From the NCBI GenBank assembly GCA_965202585.1, contig OZ241833.1, positions 26,412,001 through 26,476,000 of the forward strand: 64,000 nt of DNA, read 5' to 3'. The notes beneath the pieces are model-generated. The model saw only the letters and a program-made list of their open reading frames with translations. It searched no databases and was not told where the DNA came from. Shown here one piece after another: positions 61,501 to 64,000 of the stretch. This DNA is from Thalia democratica (Eukaryota). Made by a program: the position numbers and the translations under genes. Each line of letters opens with the position of its first letter. The stretch's first letter is position 1.

Positions 61501-63260
61501 TAAATGTTTTAAATTTTTCAAACTAAAATACTTTTTGTAAACCAAGATTCGACTTGGGCTACCTAAGTGAGGTTGTTTTATACACTTTTTTCTTAATCTC
61601 AAAATCTTGAAAAAATAGACGAACATCAAGTTTATTTTTATCATGTCAAATTAGTGGTAGAAATATTTTTTTTTATTAGGTTCTTGCTAATATTGAAGAC
61701 TTACAATTAGTATGACGTGAAAACAAAACGATCACAATTATAAGTCAATTTCTACAGTCTACCGATTAACATTTAATATTGAAAACTTTTCACTTTGACA
61801 GTATTAGTGTTCAATACACTTTTATTTGGTTATAACGGACACTCACTGACAATGCATGTATGCAAGCTACATGTTTTTTAAACAAAATTCAACTCAACAA
61901 TGTACCTTGAGAGCGTCGTAGCAGGCGATGACTTTCCCGTCGGTGACCTGCATGTGCTTCTCGGGGTGGGCGTACCTGCAGTCGTCCGTGCGCTTGCACA
62001 AGCCCCTCTGAAATTCCCTGCACACCTGTGTGTTTGTTGTAACATTCATAATGTGTGAATTGTTCAAAACTGTAGTGGGTACAAGTTAAAAAACAAGCCT
62101 GGGCTTCTACCATGAATTACATGAGAACTGTTTGACAGGAACTAAGTAATTTATAAAGAAATAATTTATTTTACCTAGTAGTTTGCAAGTGAAAATTATA
62201 CATAAAACCAAATGTCAATAATTTATTTTTATTAACAATGTTTAGCTTTGAAGTGAGGTTTTTACTATCAATATAGTATTTTTTTTACTATGTCATTCTA
62301 GAAAAAACTTTAGCCAGAATTAAAGCTTACAAAATACAAAATAAAACGTTTTTTAAATGGATTCAAACTTAAAAAACCCAATTATTGTTATAAAAAACTA
62401 CAAAATTATAAAAGTTTTTGGTGCACTTACAAAAACTTACTATAAAATAATCAAACTAGAAGAAAAATGAAAGCTACATACAGCTGTTATTATTATTATT
62501 GTTGTTATATTGATTTTAAAACTTAATTGAAATTTAAACTTTACCTTAAACTCAATCTTAATATTAAAACTTAATTTGTTTAGTTCTTCAAGTAAAAATT
62601 TTGAGTAGAAATTTGTTTTCATTTTAATTTAATTGTCAAAAATGCTATTTTCCGTAACTGTCACATATCTTTTTAGATTTATTTAAGCACTGACGAGGTC
62701 TTTGACCGAAACTTAGTTTGTAAAATAAACTCTTGAAAGAATAAATTTATAAAATAATCAACTAAAAAAATTATGCAGTGAAACTATAACTTTAATTTTG
62801 CAAATCTTGTCAACTTTAATTAAAGTTACCAAGTAAAAATTTAACCCAGCGTATATTTCACAATAATTAACAAGTAAACGCAGTGCCTTAAGGTTGCCAA
62901 GATTTTTGGTTTCTTATAACACTTAAATAGTAGTTTAAAACCAATATAAAGAAAACTAACTTATAACCAAAATAAACAAAAAGTTTGATTGCAACTCAAA
63001 ATTTCTTGCTTGGTTTTACATCTTGAATAAACACATCATTATTGACAAAGCAACAAAATAATCTAAAACCTCAACTTTGAGCCACTCCGGGTCCCTGATC
63101 GTAGGCAGTTTGGCGTGATGCGGTTGCAGTGTGGGGAGATTCCCTATCGTGACGTGGTTGAGGCCGCCGACCAGCTGTTGCGGGTTGATGAGGTGGTGGG
63201 GCGACACTTGAACGTGCTGCAATGCAGATGCTTGGATCCCTTGGTGGTGAAGTGCGTCAT
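28347..63260 (-). CDS. mbnl: Muscleblind-like CCCH zinc-finger RNA-binding protein with six fingers, 5' incomplete, about 650 aa traced. complement(join(28347..28537,29574..29627,31335..31488,34103..34275,34726..34921,36398..36436,38099..38230,38654..38836,40956..41119,42330..42483,43642..43842,61906..62025,63070..63260))
   Basis: Signature [19 protein letters not shown]...[22 protein letters not shown] and [26 protein letters not shown]...[27 protein letters not shown], as in MBNL1. All junctions are GT-AG and phase-consistent. Junctions ALK|G, RLE|V and HLQ| match those I recall for vertebrate MBNL. Confidence 0.95.
29574..29627 (-). CDS. mbnl: mbnl 54-nt exon: ZF5-ZF6 linker and first Cys of ZF6 (D|[17 protein letters not shown]|G)
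   Basis: Acceptor aacaacaaacag at 29628, donor gtttgt at 29573, phase 1-1; supplies exactly the missing linker and Cys. Confidence 0.9.
31098..31302. repeat. Imperfect direct duplication of about 100 bp in the intron after the ZF5 exon
   Basis: aaattaaactc(a/g)ttcca and caacg(g)aaaattgacagagaa(a/c)ccaaaa each occur twice about 100 bp apart. Confidence 0.6.
31335..31488 (-). CDS. mbnl: mbnl exon with ZF5 (LTSDEY...[23 protein letters not shown])
   Basis: Acceptor cttgctgcag at 31489 (phase 0), donor gttcgc at 31334 (phase 1). Confidence 0.88.
31783..32540. mobile_element. Tc1/mariner (pogo/Tigger-like) MITE, 758 bp, in mbnl intron
   Basis: TIRs cagtaacctctcgcttatttacgca / tgcgtaaagatgtgagaggttactg with TA on both sides (31781-31782, 32541-32542). 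Confidence 0.9.
33169..33534. mobile_element. MITE, CAGGGTTGCCA-TIR family, internal type A, 6-bp TSD, in mbnl intron
   Basis: tagggttgccac...gtggcaaccctg flanked by atatac at 33163-33168 and 33535-33540; source of spurious ORF 33189-33557. Confidence 0.88.
34103..34275 (-). CDS. mbnl: mbnl exon (A|[10 protein letters not shown]...QGRSHQ)
   Basis: Acceptor gtcacacag at 34276 (phase 1), donor gtaaga at 34102 (phase 0); GC-rich. Confidence 0.8.
34726..34921 (-). CDS. mbnl: mbnl exon ([13 protein letters not shown]...FYQPQTS)
   Basis: Acceptor ccctcgcag at 34922 (phase 0), donor gtaatt at 34725 (phase 1); PPLKR resembles PPLPKRP of MBNL1. Confidence 0.82.
36398..36436 (-). CDS. mbnl: mbnl candidate 39-nt cassette exon ([13 protein letters not shown])
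   Basis: Acceptor ccatgacaacag at 36437 (same 12-mer as the terminal-exon acceptor), donor gtaata at 36397, phase 0-0, no stop, KR motif, upstream YGCY cluster. Confidence 0.65.
36450..36515 (-). promoter_or_regulatory. YGCY cluster (putative MBNL-binding splicing silencer) upstream of the cassette exon
   Basis: Six YGCY on the sense strand (RGCR on + at 36452, 36470, 36481, 36484, 36505, 36510). Confidence 0.6.
38099..38230 (-). CDS. mbnl: mbnl exon ([10 protein letters not shown]...SPQPIM)
   Basis: Acceptor aattattcag at 38231, donor gtaagt at 38098, phase 0-0; positionally equals the AKIKAAQ...AAM exon of MBNL1. Confidence 0.85.
38654..38836 (-). CDS. mbnl: mbnl exon with ZF3 and ZF4
   Basis: CX7CX6CX3H and CX7CX4CX3H; acceptor acctctcag at 38837, donor gttcac at 38653. 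Confidence 0.95.
40956..41119 (-). CDS. mbnl: mbnl exon (G|FMAQPQ...[13 protein letters not shown])
   Basis: Acceptor ttttttgcag at 41120 (phase 1), donor gttggt at 40955 (phase 0). Confidence 0.9.
42330..42483 (-). CDS. mbnl: mbnl exon (QVAGTSAQP...AYNPAA)
   Basis: Acceptor caaccaatcag at 42484 (phase 0), donor gtaatt at 42329 (phase 1); needed to bridge the phases of the flanking exons. Confidence 0.82.
43642..43842 (-). CDS. mbnl: mbnl exon with second half of ZF2 ([13 protein letters not shown]...LVGYE)
   Basis: Acceptor ctgaccaacag at 43843, donor gtacgt at 43641, phase 0-0. Confidence 0.93.
51823..55057. mobile_element. Non-autonomous hAT (Buster/Charlie-type) DNA transposon, 3235 bp, in the large mbnl intron
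   Basis: TIRs caggggtcggca / tgccgacccctg; perfect 8-bp TSD atatacat at 51815-51822 and 55058-55065; arrays of gcggcccgc subterminal motifs at both ends; no intact ORF. Confidence 0.93.
61906..62025 (-). CDS. mbnl: mbnl exon with ZF1 and first Cys of ZF2 ([10 protein letters not shown]...IACYDALK)
   Basis: Acceptor caaacacacag at 62026, donor gtacat at 61905, 120 nt, phase 0-0. Confidence 0.95.
63070..63260 (-). CDS. mbnl: mbnl most 5' coding exon found (..DALHHQGIQ...[11 protein letters not shown])
   Basis: Donor gtttta at 63069 (phase 0); probable acceptor ccaacaccag at 63261; in-frame stop upstream and no in-frame ATG, so another exon must lie further 5'. Confidence 0.85.
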
Positions 63261-64000
63261 CTGGTGTTGGATTATATATTTAGTTTATTTTATAATGTTA
63301 TTAGCTAGTTAAAAATATCTATATATATGAATACTTTTATATAAGTAACATTTTATTTCTTTATAGTAAAGTTATTTAGGGTGATTCAAACTACTTGTTT
63401 TGACAATTATTAGGTTGTTTGATAGTTACTAACACATTTACTTTTGGTTCTAACCACAATACGATTTAAAACTGGCTTCATTAAAAAACTCACTTGATTT
63501 TTTTCTAAGAAGAATATTTTAATAAGTAGTCAGTCACACTTATTTGATAAATAGATCTGGTAACCGGAAATAAACCAAATTTTTAATTTGAAACTTATAA
63601 ATAGTTTAACTTTAACTTTTTCTCAAAATATGTAAAATGTTTTTATGACTGTTTTAAGGAAAATGTTTTGTTATATATAATACAAATGCTATTTTAAAAC
63701 AATGAAACTGAAGTAGAAATATGAAAATTTATTCAATGTATAAAACAACAAGCACAACAACTTACTGTTCATTTTATGATACCAGCTGTTTAGAAAGCGA
63801 GGTTTTCTTGTTTATATTTAAAAAGCGAGAGTTAATAGTAGCCTTCAAATCGAGTGTGTATTTGTTAGTAATGGGCAAGATTTATGCTTAGCAGAGTGGA
63901 ACGGCGAAATCAGAAGTCCAACCGATAACTCATCAAAACGTTCCGCTTCCAAAAAGTACAAACTAAAAACTAAAGCTGTAAAACTGAAATCAGGTTAGAA

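Overview
Very AT-rich metazoan nuclear DNA with GC-rich exons. I rebuilt the gene models by hand from splice sites and reading phase. (1) A BACK-Kelch gene on + (323-2763) with a frameshift and an in-frame TGA, so probably a pseudogene. (2) A complete five-exon mitochondrial ribosomal protein L30 gene on - (5200-11828, 232 aa). (3) A decayed 3' fragment of an eEF1A-like gene on - (about 17151-17586). (4) A 4.5 kb Mutator-type transposon (20204-24723) with a 9-bp TSD, terminal inverted arms built from 16-18 bp tandem repeats (Foldback/Phantom architecture) and two transposase exon remnants. (5) A large muscleblind (MBNL) gene on - (28347 to beyond 63260; 13 coding exons traced in consistent phase; start codon not found in the window). 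The main finding is that this MBNL encodes THREE tandem CCCH zinc-finger pairs (six fingers), where two or four are known. The third pair is encoded by three 3' exons, one of them a 54-nt exon missed by the ORF track. The locus also has a 39-nt in-frame KR-containing cassette exon behind a dense YGCY (MBNL-binding) cluster, paralleling the autoregulated NLS exon of vertebrate MBNL1. Other features: further candidate alternative or poison exons, RFX X-box-like motifs, atypical splice signals (AC-rich acceptors, GTT donors), and hAT, Tc1/pogo and 6-bp-TSD MITEs. No rRNA, tRNA or CRISPR features were seen. Family assignments come from recalled motifs, not database searches.
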